Shown here piece after piece: positions 23,329 through 33,574 of a stretch of 64,000 bases of DNA. Source of the stretch: an uncultured delta proteobacterium (GTDB lineage Bacteria; Myxococcota_A; Polyangia; Polyangiales; Polyangiaceae); contig CAWKKR010000008.1 in assembly GCA_963850305.1 (NCBI GenBank), positions 960,001 to 1,024,000 of the forward strand, written 5' to 3'. The position numbers were made by a program, and so were the translations under genes. Positions within the stretch are counted from its first letter, which is position 1, and each line of letters opens with the position of its first letter. The notes below the pieces were generated by a model. That model ran no database searches. It had not been told where the DNA came from and was given only the letters and a program-made list of their open reading frames with translations.

Positions 23329-23553
23329 GACGTCCACCATAGCACTGCATCGACGCGCGGAATCGAGGCGCCCAACCGAGGGTCCCGGTGTCCATTCCGT
23401 CACCCAGGCTGCCGCAGCGAGGAGGCGGCATCGCCCGCACCGGCGTGCGGCGATGCCCCGAATGCTCTCGTCCCGATACGGACGATGCTCGGCTGGATGG
23501 GCGCGGCAGGTACGACGCCTGCGTGATCGTCGCGTCCGTGCGGCACGACGCGC

Positions 23554-24102
23554 TCAGCGGAGCACGTCCTCGACGCGGAGGCTCACGTCGGGAAAAAGCA
23601 GGAGCTGGATGGCCTCGCCGTGCTCGAACGTGCGCGCGCTCCGGAACGCGCCGCCCGCCGGATCGCGGTACACGTCGATGCGCCGCGCAGCGACGTCGAC
23701 GACCCAGTACTCCGGGACGCCCCGCGCGGCATAGATCCGGAGCTTCTGCCCGCGGTCCTTCGCGAGCGAGCTCTCCGCCACCTCGATCACGAGGTATGCC
23801 TCCGTCGGATGATCCGTCACGTAGTCCGCGAGCGGCGCAACCAGGATGTCCGGCTGCGGCTCCGAGATGTCGCTCACCGCGAACGGGTTCTGGATCCGGA
23901 TCCGCGCCCGATCGCCGAGCGCGCGCACCAGGAGGAGGGTCAGGAAGTCGACGGCGGACGAATGCGGTGGACCGATGGGGCTCATCGGGACGAGCAGCCC
24001 CTCGAGAAGCTCGATACGCTCGTCCTCGAACGCGCCGAGCGCGCCGAGCTTCTCGTACTCGGTCCGCCGGAGCGGGCGGAAGTCCTGGGGCAAAACGGCC
24101 AT
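23554..24102 (-). CDS. Uma2 family (DUF820) endonuclease-fold protein
   Basis: RIELLEG, SEPQPD, LVIEVAESSL..DR..K..IYA..GVPEYWVVD. Confidence 0.9.
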   Translation of the reverse strand: MAVLPQDFRPLRRTEYEKLGALGAFEDERIELLEGLLVPMSPIGPPHSSAVDFLTLLLVRALGDRARIRIQNPFAVSDISEPQPDILVAPLADYVTDHPTEAYLVIEVAESSLAKDRGQKLRIYAARGVPEYWVVDVAARRIDVYRDPAGGAFRSARTFEHGEAIQLLLFPDVSLRVEDVLR

Positions 24103-24409
24103 GGCGATCTCCCGTTCAGAGGTTTTATAGCACCCACGGAAGGCGCGTCGGGCAACGCAATCAGTCGGTTGCGCGTGTGCGGCGACACCCAGCGCGCGCA
24201 TGTCAGCGCGACCCGGAGCGGGCGCGCGAAGGCGCACGGGGCCAGGCCGCTCACCACGTCTTGGGTGTTCGATCGTAAACTGCCGGGATGGCGGGGATCG
24301 TGCCGGTTGAAGCCGCGATGCCGACGAGGTCGCGTGTGACCGCGCCGTCGGTTCGAGAAGCCATCCGAGCGGATGATGCTATAAACCCTCCGTCTTTACG
24401 GAGAAAGAG

Positions 24410-25549
24410 ATGCAAAAGTCCAAAGTCGCCGTCATCAAGGTGAAGCCCGAAACCGTCCTCGACGACATCGCGCGCGTCGCGGAGCTCGCGGGAATGAAGT
24501 CCGCCCTCGCCGCGGGCACGACGACGATTCTGAAAGACAATATCTCGTGGCACTACCCCTTCCCCGGCGCGAACACGACGCCGTGGCAGCTCCAGGGGAC
24601 CGCGCGCGCGCTTCGAGGCGCGGGTTTTCAGGACGTCGTGTGCGTCCAGAACAAGACGGTCGTCACCAACGCCTTCAAGGGCGAGGACATGAACAAGTAT
24701 GTGCCGATCTTCGAGAGCGAGAAGATCCCCGTGCTCTACAACTTCCGCGAAGAGGACATGAAGTGGATCGAGTACCGCCCGAAGGCGCGCCTCCACGTCC
24801 TCCAGAACATCTTCCCCGAGGGGATTCGCATTCCGGATTACTTCGTCGGCAAGAACATCGTTCATCTGCCGACCGTGAAGTGCCACATCTACACGACGAC
24901 GACCGGCGCGATGAAGAACGCCTTCGGCGGCTTGCTCAGCACGAAGCGTCACTACACGCACAGCTGGATTCATCGGACCCTCGTCGACCTGCTCGCGATT
25001 CAAAAAGAGATCCACAGCGGCCTCTTCGCGATCATGGACGGCACGACGTGCGGCAACGGCCCCGGTCCGCGCACGATGTTCCCCGTCGTCAAGGATTACA
25101 TGCTGGCAAGTGCCGATCAGGTCGCGATCGACGCGGTCGCGGCGAAGATGATGGGGTTCGATCCCATGAAGCTCGAGTTCATCAAGGTGGCGCATGACGA
25201 CGGCCTCGGCGTCGGAGACCCGCGCGACATCGAGATCGTCGGCGCGGACATCTCCAAGGAGAGCTGGGGCTTCTCGGTCGGTGACAACGCCGCGAGCCAC
25301 GTGGGCGACATCATGTGGTTCGGGCCCATGAAGCGCTTCCAGAAGCTCTTCTTCCACACCCCGCTCGTGAACGCCTTCATCCTCGGGAGCGAGGTTTATC
25401 ACGACTATTATCGCTGGCCGCGCCGCGACAAGGGGGTCTTCGAGAGCTGGAAGCGCGGCACCTCGTGGGGCCATCTCTTCGAAGAATACGAGCGCGGCGA
25501 ACACACGCGCCCGGCGCGCAGCACCGCGACGACCGAAGCACGCGCCTGA
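24410..25549 (+). CDS. DUF362 domain protein
   Basis: ILKDNISWH, HLPTVKCH..TTTGAMKNAFGG, DQVAIDA. Confidence 0.85.
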   Translation: MQKSKVAVIKVKPETVLDDIARVAELAGMKSALAAGTTTILKDNISWHYPFPGANTTPWQLQGTARALRGAGFQDVVCVQNKTVVTNAFKGEDMNKYVPIFESEKIPVLYNFREEDMKWIEYRPKARLHVLQNIFPEGIRIPDYFVGKNIVHLPTVKCHIYTTTTGAMKNAFGGLLSTKRHYTHSWIHRTLVDLLAIQKEIHSGLFAIMDGTTCGNGPGPRTMFPVVKDYMLASADQVAIDAVAAKMMGFDPMKLEFIKVAHDDGLGVGDPRDIEIVGADISKESWGFSVGDNAASHVGDIMWFGPMKRFQKLFFHTPLVNAFILGSEVYHDYYRWPRRDKGVFESWKRGTSWGHLFEEYERGEHTRPARSTATTEARA

Positions 25550-25985
25550 CTAGGAAAGGGGGGTCTTGACCCCCGCGGCTCGCTTCGCGACCGCTCCCCC
25601 GCCGCCTTCGGCGGGCTCGTGCTTGCAGGGGGTCTTGACCCCCGCGGCTCGCTTCGCGACCGCTCCCCCGCCGCCTTCGGCGGGCTCGCTGCGCTCGCTT
25701 GCCAAGGGGGCCTTGCCAGCCTTACCCCCGCGGCTCGCTTCGCGACCGCTCCCCCGCCGCCTTCGGCGGGCTCGTGCTTGCAGGGGGTCTTGACCCCCGC
25801 GGCTCGCTTCGCGACCGCTCCCCCGCCGCCTTCGGCGGGCTCGTGCTTGCAGGGGGTCTTGACCCCCGCGGCTCGCTTCGCGACCGCTCCCCCGCCGCCT
25901 TCGGCGGGCTCGCTGCGCTCGCGTAGTTCCGCACCTCTTTGATCCCTTGGGGACGACGATGCTCGTCGATGCGGAACTACCGAGC
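25550..25985. repeat. REP/BIME-like palindromic array (5 units of ~69 bp plus a terminal module)
   Basis: Unit agggggtcttgacccccgcggctcgcttcgcgaccgctcccccgccgccttcggcgggctcg, between convergent genes. Confidence 0.9.
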
Positions 25986-26873
25986 ACGGCCGCGGCGCGA
26001 CGTCAGTCCGACGACGTTGATGGGCTCTTCGGAGACCGCGAACGTGAGCTTATCGCCGAGGCGGATGGCCGTTTTGAGGAAGGGTCCATCCAGGAAGAGC
26101 CGCGCGTCGCGCATCTTGCTGGTGACGGTGATCTCGCGACCCGGTTCCAGGATGAGCCGCGTCATGCGGTATCGTGAACCGTCACCCGCGAACGGCTCCC
26201 GCACGACGAGCTGGAGCCGACGCGAGGCGAGCGGCAAGGTCTTGCCGCCGGCGGAGTGCAGAGCGCCCGTCGAACCGGCTGCAGTCCCGACCCAAAATCC
26301 GCTGGAGACCTGCTCCTCGCGCTTGCGTCCGTGAGCCAGCACGTAGCGCGACGCGGCCGCGGGAGTCTCGTGGCAAAAGAGCGCCTCGTTGAGGACGCGC
26401 CGCGAGATCACTCGGCCGTTCAGCGTGACGCGCATGCGCGAGAGGCGGAGCGAGCCTGCGGTGCCGGCAAGCGCTTTTGCCACCAGCGCTTCCACGTTGC
26501 TCCTCCGAGCTCCACAGAAGAAACCGACGCTCGAGGCGGGCGAGCTGTTCACACCGAGAATGGGCGTGGCCCCCACGTGATGAGAGGCCGAGAGAAGCGT
26601 CCCGTCGCCGCCAACCGTGATGACCAGCGCCGAATCGGAGGCGTCGAAGACGGCGCGCGGCCCGTGAAGCACCCAGACGCGCGCGCCGCGCTTCTTCAGC
26701 GCGCGTTCCACCGCGGCCAGCGTCGCCGTGTGCTCGCGGTGCGACTGCTTCCATGTCGTGACGGTCGGGTCGCGACGTCGGAGAAGACGGATCACCTCGG
26801 GGTCACGCTCGTCCTCCACGTAGCGGCCGTAATGCGTCTTCTTGACGACGACGATCACGCGCGGGACGGTCAC
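25977..26873 (-). CDS. NAD(+)/NADH kinase
   Basis: GGDGT, LNE, GTAAGSTG motifs; GTGA overlap with the NUDIX stop. Confidence 0.9.
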   Translation of the reverse strand: MTVPRVIVVVKKTHYGRYVEDERDPEVIRLLRRRDPTVTTWKQSHREHTATLAAVERALKKRGARVWVLHGPRAVFDASDSALVITVGGDGTLLSASHHVGATPILGVNSSPASSVGFFCGARRSNVEALVAKALAGTAGSLRLSRMRVTLNGRVISRRVLNEALFCHETPAAASRYVLAHGRKREEQVSSGFWVGTAAGSTGALHSAGGKTLPLASRRLQLVVREPFAGDGSRYRMTRLILEPGREITVTSKMRDARLFLDGPFLKTAIRLGDKLTFAVSEEPINVVGLTSRRGRAR

Positions 26874-27559
26874 GGATAGCGCTCCGCGAGCCGTCGCAGC
26901 AGAAGCTCGGTCTTCGCGTCCTCGATCTTGCCGTCTCGGCAATACTCGAGCGCGGCCACCAGCGCGACGTCGACCACACAGCCGAGGCGCTCCAGCGCCG
27001 AGCCGTCGAGAGGCGGCTCGACCCGCGCCCTGGGACTCACCTCGACCTCGAAGAAGAAGTGTCGTTCAGCGATGACCCCGGGGCACGGGTACGTGCTCGG
27101 ACCCAGCGCCCGGAGCCGGGCGGGCGCGACCTCGAACCCCGCCTCTTCGTGAAGCTCACGAGCTGCGGCGCGGACGAGACCTTCCGGGCTCTGCTCGCCT
27201 TCTTCGATGATGCCGGCGGGGAGCTCCCAGAGACCACCCTTGTTGTCGGGCACGGCGATGGGGGCTCGCTCGCGCCCGCGAAAGTAAACCGGGGGTCGAA
27301 GGGCACTCCGCAGAAAGACGCGGCGCTCGCCGCCGGGGCCGATGAAGTGCGCGGCGATGACGACCGCGTCGATGCCCCGGCGATCCACCTCGTCGTAGAT
27401 GAAAGGCGGACTCGTCGTGCCGTCGGGGTACCGCGCGACGAGCTTTCGCCGCACGAGACGCAAGAAGGCCCGGACGGAACGAGGCTCAGGCGGTGACAGG
27501 TCCTCCAGCATTTCGAGCTGGATTGCCGGAAAAGCGGGGAGCTTGTCGGCTGGAGTCAT
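26870..27559 (-). CDS. NUDIX hydrolase
   Basis: ELPAGIIEEGE...AAARELHEEAG; IEDAKTE. Confidence 0.9.
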   Translation of the reverse strand: MTPADKLPAFPAIQLEMLEDLSPPEPRSVRAFLRLVRRKLVARYPDGTTSPPFIYDEVDRRGIDAVVIAAHFIGPGGERRVFLRSALRPPVYFRGRERAPIAVPDNKGGLWELPAGIIEEGEQSPEGLVRAAARELHEEAGFEVAPARLRALGPSTYPCPGVIAERHFFFEVEVSPRARVEPPLDGSALERLGCVVDVALVAALEYCRDGKIEDAKTELLLRRLAERYP

Positions 27560-27637
27560 GGGAATTTGCCGCCCTCCTTGCCACGAGCGGCGCGTGCAGA
27601 GTACATCGAGGAGCCGGCAAATACTCGGGAGAAACGA

Positions 27638-28504
27638 ATGCTTCGCCATCGCCGCTGCACAGGCTCGACGCTCGTCATGCTTCTGCTTTTGACTCAGGGG
27701 CTCACAGCGGGAGCGTTCCTGTCAACGAGTGCGCTCGCCAAGGGTAAAGCCAAGGCACATCAAAAGGCGCCGGCCGCAGCCGACCCGGAGCTCGAGAAGC
27801 TGAAGAAGGAACTCGAGGGCGACGAAGACTCGCGGGTGACGGCTCTCGATTCGATCGGGGAATCCGGGACGCCCGAGGCCGTCCCGCTGGTGAAGGACGT
27901 GCTCGATCGCGGCAGTACTCCCAAGGTTCTGCAAGCGGCCCTCAAGGCGGCTGCGAAGTTGAAGGATCAGACACTCAGCTCCGAGATCGCGCCCTATGTG
28001 CAGGACCGATCGGAGGAGGTACGACGGGCCGCGGTCAGCGCACTCCTGAAGACCAGGGGACCGATAGCCGTCGAGGCGCTCCGCAAGGGGCTCCACAGCA
28101 ACGACGCGGCAGTGCGAGGCACTTCGGCCACCGGGCTCGGCGCGCTCGGAGCTCACGAGGCGCTGGACGATCTGTTCACGGCCTTCGATCACGGCATCGC
28201 GGAGGCCGCGGCGGCCATCGGCCAGATCTGCCACCCGGAGGAATGCGAGAAGTTCGCCGACCGAACGGGCCACGTCGCTTTCGACGTGATGAGCACTGGC
28301 TTCGATCAGATCTTGTTCCGTCCTTCGAACGAGATCCCGGACGAGGAAAAGAGCCGTCTCATCGGCAGACTGCGCGAGCTGGGGACGCCGGAGGTCGGAA
28401 AATATCTCGCAGACGTCAGTGACCGCTGGCCGAAAGACTGGAGCAAGAAGCTGAAGCAGATGCTCGACTCGGCGGTGCACGCGGTCGGAGGAGTGAAGAA
28501 ATGA
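27638..28504 (+). CDS. Secreted HEAT-repeat protein
   Basis: Signal peptide; VRRAAVSAL and VRGTSATGLG repeats. Confidence 0.8.
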   Translation: MLRHRRCTGSTLVMLLLLTQGLTAGAFLSTSALAKGKAKAHQKAPAAADPELEKLKKELEGDEDSRVTALDSIGESGTPEAVPLVKDVLDRGSTPKVLQAALKAAAKLKDQTLSSEIAPYVQDRSEEVRRAAVSALLKTRGPIAVEALRKGLHSNDAAVRGTSATGLGALGAHEALDDLFTAFDHGIAEAAAAIGQICHPEECEKFADRTGHVAFDVMSTGFDQILFRPSNEIPDEEKSRLIGRLRELGTPEVGKYLADVSDRWPKDWSKKLKQMLDSAVHAVGGVKK

Positions 28505-30270
28505 GCCGCACCTCGGTGTCGATCGGGGTCGCTCTGTGTGGTCTCGCGCTCGCCGGGTGCGGCGGCGGCATGGCGCGCACGGCACCCTTCGCGCAGGACT
28601 GGCAGAGCGACGGAGGCAAGGGCATCGCCCTCGTCCAGGCCAAGCTCGCGGACGTCAGAATGCCCGCGACAGGCGGGCTCGTCGTCGGGGTGACGAAGAC
28701 CGGGCTCGTCGCGAGCATGCTCGACGGATCGCACGCGTGGAAACACGACGGCGCCGTGGATGCGCGCCCGTCGATCGCGGGCAACGTCGTCGCCTACTCG
28801 AACGCCGGCAAGCTGTACGCACTCGACGGCACGACCGGAAAGCAGCTCTGGGCCATCAGCATCGGCTCGAAGCGGCTCCGCGGCGCAGGCGACGACGGGT
28901 CGATCACGGTGGCGAGCCTGGGTAGCGAAGCCGGGGGCGGTACGTTACTCGTCGCCGTGAACCGGAGCGGCACGGTCGTGCGCTCCTGGTCTCCGCGACC
29001 GGACGTCGGCATCCCCGCGATCGAGGGCGGAGTCGTGTTCGCGCCGTGGGGCGGCCAGTACGTGTCCGCGCTCGACATCGCGGCGGGCGGAGAAGAGGGG
29101 CGCGTGCTGGCGCGCACGGTGGTGAGCCGCGCCCTTGCCATCGGCGGCTCGCTCTACTTCGGGCAGAACGCGCTTCTGCGCTTCGACTCGGCGATTTCGA
29201 AGTCCGGTGAGAACGGCGGGAACATAGTGAGGCTGCCGGAGCGCGAGCTCCCCGGAAAACCGGTCTGGTTCCCCGACGGCACTCAGGTTCTACCGCCCAC
29301 CGCAGGCGCGCCGGACGCGATCCGCCTGTACGCGCGGCCCGCCGAGACCGGCGGCAAGCTTGGCGCCGACTCCGAGCGATTCGCCGCGACGTACTTTCGA
29401 ATCGCGGTCGGCTTCGACAGCGTGGACGGCTCGCTCCGCTGGGTACGCACGATGCCGGCGGAGGTCGTCGGCGGAGACGGTCTGACCGGCGGCTACGCGT
29501 TCTGCGACAACGAAGGCAACGTCTGGTTCACCGATGCCCGCGTCGGTGGAGCCGCAGGACACGTCTCGCTCGGCACGCCCCTCATCGGCTGCGTCGTCGA
29601 CGGTGGCTCGTTTCACCTCCCGCCGAACACGGGCGAAGGGACGCTCGCCGAGCAGATCTCGGCAGCCATCAATCTTTCCGAGCCACAGATGGCGACCATC
29701 CAGAGGTTCCTGCTTCGAGAGCTCGGCACGAATACGGATCCCACGATCACGAAAACACTACTCGATCTGGCGACCGACGCCCGAACTCAGCCGGACCTCT
29801 TGAACGAGGCCCGCAGCCAGCTCGCGTCCCGACGGAACGGCATCGAGTACATGCTCGAAGCGCTCGGACGCCACTACGACTACCTCGCTGGCGATCTCCG
29901 GCCGCCGCCCGTCGGTCCGCTCGCGGATGCGCTGGCCGCGAGCGGCGAGAAGAAGGCCGCGCCGCTGCTGGCCGCGCACCTGAACGATCCCGCGGACTCG
30001 ACGAGCGACGCACGGCACGCGGCCCACGCCCTCGTGAAGCTCGCGACGCCCGCGGAGCTTCCCGCGGTCGAGCATTTCTTCGCGGAGTATCACGCGGCTG
30101 CGACCAACGACGACCTCGTGGCCGCCGTGATCGACGCCGCGGGCATCCTGGTCCATGACGGCGGCCCCAGCGGGGCCGAGCGCGTCAAGCGCGCGGCGAG
30201 CGATCCGCTGACGACCGCGGCCGTCCGCGAAGGCATCGCGAATCTGCTGCCGCCAAAGCCGTCCAACTGA
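28501..30270 (+). CDS. PQQ-like beta-propeller lipoprotein with helical C-terminus
   Basis: ALAGC lipobox; LYALDGTTGKQLW motif; ATGA coupling to the HEAT gene. Confidence 0.8.
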   Translation: MSRTSVSIGVALCGLALAGCGGGMARTAPFAQDWQSDGGKGIALVQAKLADVRMPATGGLVVGVTKTGLVASMLDGSHAWKHDGAVDARPSIAGNVVAYSNAGKLYALDGTTGKQLWAISIGSKRLRGAGDDGSITVASLGSEAGGGTLLVAVNRSGTVVRSWSPRPDVGIPAIEGGVVFAPWGGQYVSALDIAAGGEEGRVLARTVVSRALAIGGSLYFGQNALLRFDSAISKSGENGGNIVRLPERELPGKPVWFPDGTQVLPPTAGAPDAIRLYARPAETGGKLGADSERFAATYFRIAVGFDSVDGSLRWVRTMPAEVVGGDGLTGGYAFCDNEGNVWFTDARVGGAAGHVSLGTPLIGCVVDGGSFHLPPNTGEGTLAEQISAAINLSEPQMATIQRFLLRELGTNTDPTITKTLLDLATDARTQPDLLNEARSQLASRRNGIEYMLEALGRHYDYLAGDLRPPPVGPLADALAASGEKKAAPLLAAHLNDPADSTSDARHAAHALVKLATPAELPAVEHFFAEYHAAATNDDLVAAVIDAAGILVHDGGPSGAERVKRAASDPLTTAAVREGIANLLPPKPSN

Positions 30271-30415
30271 GCGCCGGTTGCGGCGACCGTGCCAGACCGA
30301 GGTTCACGGCCGTCGTGGTTCTGTCATCGCCGATGTGGGGCGGACCGACGGCGGACGACCGCCGGGCGCGTCTCCTCGGGCTCCGCGTCTGTCCTCGCAT
30401 CCTGACACGCCGAGT

Positions 30416-30820
30416 ATGACTCGAAAGGACGCTCATGCGAAACATCCACGGATCCCGGACGTCATGGACTCTCGGTGTCGCGTTCTTCGCTTCGGGAGCC
30501 GCGGCGCTCGCGTACGAGGTGCTCTGGTTGCGCACGTTCTCCGTCTCGTTCGGGAACTCGACGTACGCAACGTCCACCGTGCTGGCGTGCGTGATGGGGG
30601 CATCGGGCTCGGGAGCGTCATCGGCGGGCGAATCGCCGAGCGGTTGGGCTCGCCCGTGCGCGCCTACGGGCTCGCAGAGATGTTGATCGGCATCACCGGC
30701 TGGCGTGTGCCGCGCGGCGTTCGGCTCGCCGAGCCGCTCATCGCGTCGCTCTACGCCGAACCGAGAATGGCGGGTCACCTACTCGTGCTCGCGCGAGTCG
30801 CGATCGCGCTTGCCGTGCTC
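30416..30820 (+). pseudogene. Fused MFS/spermidine synthase, 5' fragment only
   Basis: FFASGAAALAYEVLW.R.....FGNSTYATSTVLA, GLGS..GGR, YGLAE; frameshifted and cut at ~30820. Confidence 0.8.
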
Positions 30821-31233
30821 GACAAGCTCCGCATCAGCCGCACGACGTCCTCCCGCGACAGCACCGTCGGCAACCGCACCGGGCGCTTCGCCCGAACCAC
30901 GTCCTCCAGCCAGTCCATCTCGACGCCCAGCACGTTGCGATAGAGAAACAGTATCGCGCTGAGCGCCTGATTCTGCGTCGACGCCGACACGTTTCCATCG
31001 AGAGCGAGGCTCGACAGAAACGCCGACACCTCGGATTCCCCGAGTTCGGGCGGCAATCGCCCCCGGTGGAACCTCAGGAGCCGAAGCACCCACCCGGCAT
31101 ACGCCTTCTCCGTCCTGGGGCTGAAGTGCCGCACCCTCACCGCATGTCGAACCTTCTCGACGATCTCGTCGCGACGGCGCCAGGCCGCGACCTCCTGCCC
31201 GTCGTCGTCCGGCTCTGCCACGTCCGGGCCCAA
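30820..31233 (-). pseudogene. intI: Integron integrase, N-terminal SAM-like domain only
   Basis: VRHFSPRTEKAY, FLSSLA...VSASTQNQALSAILFLY, RAKRPVRLPTVLSREDV, then stops matching; no catalytic domain. Confidence 0.93.
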
Positions 31234-31399
31234 GCAACCTCCGCGCCACCTTCCGGCGAGCTGTCATCCATTCGTCCGCACCGGCGTCCGGAGGCTCTCG
31301 CCATGGCGGTCGCCACGCACCGGATATACGGACCCATTCAATGGACTACCCGAGCCGCAGATGCGAATTATTGCTTCAGCGGAACCGGGTACGCCGCTC

Positions 31400-31440
31400 C
31401 TCGCATTGGCCTACGAAGACCGATCGAGATACCGTTAGCC
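31400..31440 (+). other. attI site (core G^TTAGCC at 31434)
   Basis: First GTTRRRY after intI, not preceded by an attC hairpin; complementary to R'' GGCTAAC of cassette 1. Confidence 0.75.
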
Positions 31441-31465
31441 AGACATCCTTCATGACCAGGAGCGT

Positions 31466-31882
31466 GTGATCGTGCCGGTGTTTGATGGAACAGCCCGCGC
31501 GCAGGTAGACGAGATCCTCGCTTTCGCTGGTTCCTTCGGGTCGGCTTCCCTCCTGTCGCGTTCGTCTGGCGAGATCGTGGCGTCAGCTGGTTCCGTGCAC
31601 CGTCCCGAGCTCGATGCCGCCATTGCCACTCACGTCGGGCGTCTTGTTGCGACCTCACCGCATTGGATCGTTGCCGAAGTGGGAGTGAGCTACCTGCTCG
31701 CGGTTGACGCCGGCACCGCTGGTGCCACGCCGTCGTCCGCGCGGCGCGTTGCCGAGGTGCGTTCGCTGCTCGAGCGCATGATTGGAGCACACACCGATGG
31801 TGGCGGCAAGGCACCGTCGGGCGCAGCACCAGCACACGCGACTGTTACCCATCGCCCTGATCGGAAGGGGAGTGCTGGCTAA
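31466..31882 (+). CDS. Cassette 1 hypothetical protein
   Basis: Fills the cassette; stop codon lies in R''. Confidence 0.65.
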   Translation: MIVPVFDGTARAQVDEILAFAGSFGSASLLSRSSGEIVASAGSVHRPELDAAIATHVGRLVATSPHWIVAEVGVSYLLAVDAGTAGATPSSARRVAEVRSLLERMIGAHTDGGGKAPSGAAPAHATVTHRPDRKGSAG

Positions 31883-31960
31883 CTAGCCGCTGAACCTGAC
31901 GGTCGCCGGCGGTCGCTTTGCTCCCTCTGGCGCCCGCAGGTTAGCGCCAGTACGTTAGGC
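31877..31960 (+). other. attC1
   Basis: GGCTAAC-tagccgctgaacctgac...caggttagcgccagtac-GTTAGGC. Confidence 0.92.
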
Positions 31961-32009
31961 AGACATGGGTGTTGTCGTCGGGCCTACGCACCAGGGCTGA
32001 GCATCGACG

Positions 32010-32357
32010 ATGGTTGCGGTCGACCCGTTTTCGTTCTGCCTGATGATCCTGATCCCTGGGCTTATCCTGGGCGCGGTCGTCATCACACTGCTTCGGTCGC
32101 TAAAGCAGCTCCATCGTCCAAAGAACCGCTCAGGCTGGGCCCGACCTGCGCTCCTCGGATGCTTGTCCGCTCTGGCGGCTGCGTTCTGCTTCGGCGGCGC
32201 CGTCATGGACGGGTCGTTTGCGGTTGCGGGCGTCACGCCGGCTGCGTCGCGAGAATACGTGGCTCGCTCTGATCTCTGGTTCGTAGGCGCTTGCGTCCTG
32301 GCGCTCGCGGCTTGCGTCTTCTTTGTCTTCGCCTGGCGCCGCCGCCACTCGACGTGA
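32010..32357 (+). CDS. Cassette 2 membrane protein
   Basis: Three hydrophobic segments; fills the cassette. Confidence 0.6.
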   Translation: MVAVDPFSFCLMILIPGLILGAVVITLLRSLKQLHRPKNRSGWARPALLGCLSALAAAFCFGGAVMDGSFAVAGVTPAASREYVARSDLWFVGACVLALAACVFFVFAWRRRHST

Positions 32358-32392
32358 GAACCTTTGCCTTTGACAGGCCCGTGTCGAATGCT

Positions 32393-32476
32393 GCCTAACT
32401 AGCCGCTGAACCTGACGGTCGCCGGCGGTCGCTTTGCTCCCTCTGGCGCCCGCAGGTTAGCGCCACTACGTTAGGC
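32393..32476 (+). other. attC2
   Basis: Nearly identical to attC1. Confidence 0.92.
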
Positions 32477-32485
32477 AGACCGGGG

Positions 32486-32821
32486 ATGTCGTTACAGCTG
32501 CGCAGCGACCAGGTGAGGGGCTTCGCTATCGCGACCGGCGTCTTGTCCCTGGTCGTCGCGCTACTTCAGATTGGTTTCGCTCACCCTCTAGCCCTGATCG
32601 TCATCTGGCTCCTTGTCGCACTCGGCCCAGTCGGCGGATGGATCGTGGCCGTCGACCAGCATGCGTTCCCGTCGGCATTCCAACTACTCGTGCCCGCGAC
32701 GGTGCTCTGCGCGGCGCCATTCGGGCTCTACGTCTGGCGCCACGGCTTCGGTTGGCTCGCGCTCTCCTGCGTTTTCTGGATCGCAACCGGTTGGGTGCTT
32801 GCGGTCGGAATTTGGACGTGA
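32486..32821 (+). CDS. Cassette 3 membrane protein
   Basis: About four hydrophobic segments; ATG just after R'. Confidence 0.65.
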   Translation: MSLQLRSDQVRGFAIATGVLSLVVALLQIGFAHPLALIVIWLLVALGPVGGWIVAVDQHAFPSAFQLLVPATVLCAAPFGLYVWRHGFGWLALSCVFWIATGWVLAVGIWT

Positions 32822-32833
32822 CTGTCGAGGGCT

Positions 32834-32958
32834 GCCTAAACTAACTAGCCGCTGAACCTGACGGGCGCGGTGGCGACCCGCGAGCTCGCGTGGCGCGCGG
32901 GTCGATGCTCGTCCTGCGCGTGACGTTGCGCCCGCAGGTTAGCGCCAGTACGTTAGGC
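32834..32958 (+). other. attC3 (small duplication in R'')
   Basis: gcctaaactaac...GTTAGGC. Confidence 0.88.
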
Positions 32959-32999
32959 AGACATTGGCTAGGCGCCGCCGCTCGATGTAGGAAGACGTT

Positions 33000-33332
33000 G
33001 TGCTGCTACCAAACGGGGATGGCGCCATCGTCGCCGAGTCGAAGATCAGAGACTACTTGCTCTCGTCGTCGCATCCGGTCGGTCGATTCAAGGCGGCGTT
33101 CTTCGCGGCGCTGGGTTTCTCGAGCGATAACTGGGAGGTGCTCCGCGACGCGCTCCTCGCGATCGCCGTCTCCGGGGACGCTGTTCCCGGCCAGCAGAGC
33201 GCGTTCGGGCAGAAATTTGAAGTTCGTGCTACTTTGACCGGGCCGTCTGGACGCCGCGCTGAGATCGTCACGGTTTGGATGGTGCCGGCTCAGCATGATT
33301 TTGCGCACTTCGTCACAGCCTTCCCCGCGTGA
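33000..33332 (+). CDS. DUF6883-like putative toxin
   Basis: KIRDYLL...HPVGRFKA.FF..LGF, FGQKF, TVW, FVTAFP. Confidence 0.8.
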   Translation: MLLPNGDGAIVAESKIRDYLLSSSHPVGRFKAAFFAALGFSSDNWEVLRDALLAIAVSGDAVPGQQSAFGQKFEVRATLTGPSGRRAEIVTVWMVPAQHDFAHFVTAFPA

Positions 33333-33568
33333 ATGAAATGTTCAACATCCTAGACACCGTTGTCCTCGATCGTGATTTGCCGGAGCACGGGCTGCGGCGC
33401 GGAGATCTCGGTGCCGTCGTCGACGTGTTCGCCCCAGACGGGCTTGAGGTCGAGTTCGTCATGGCGTCCGGGCGTACGCAGGCGCTGCTTACTCTGCGAA
33501 CCAGTGATGTGAGAGCCGTTGGCGACCGGGATCTCATCGCAGTACGTGAGTTGAAGCGGACCGCTTGA
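33329..33568 (+). CDS. DUF4926 domain protein (putative antitoxin/immunity)
   Basis: LDTVVLDRDLPEHGLRRGDLGAVV..EVEF..G.T; GTGA overlap. Confidence 0.88.
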   Translation: MNEMFNILDTVVLDRDLPEHGLRRGDLGAVVDVFAPDGLEVEFVMASGRTQALLTLRTSDVRAVGDRDLIAVRELKRTA

Positions 33569-33574
33569 CGTGCT

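Noticed and set aside
25550..25925. Possible CRISPR array
   Set aside because: Units are contiguous and near-identical, with no unique spacers and no cas genes. The same applies to 22157-22486 and 62304-62654.
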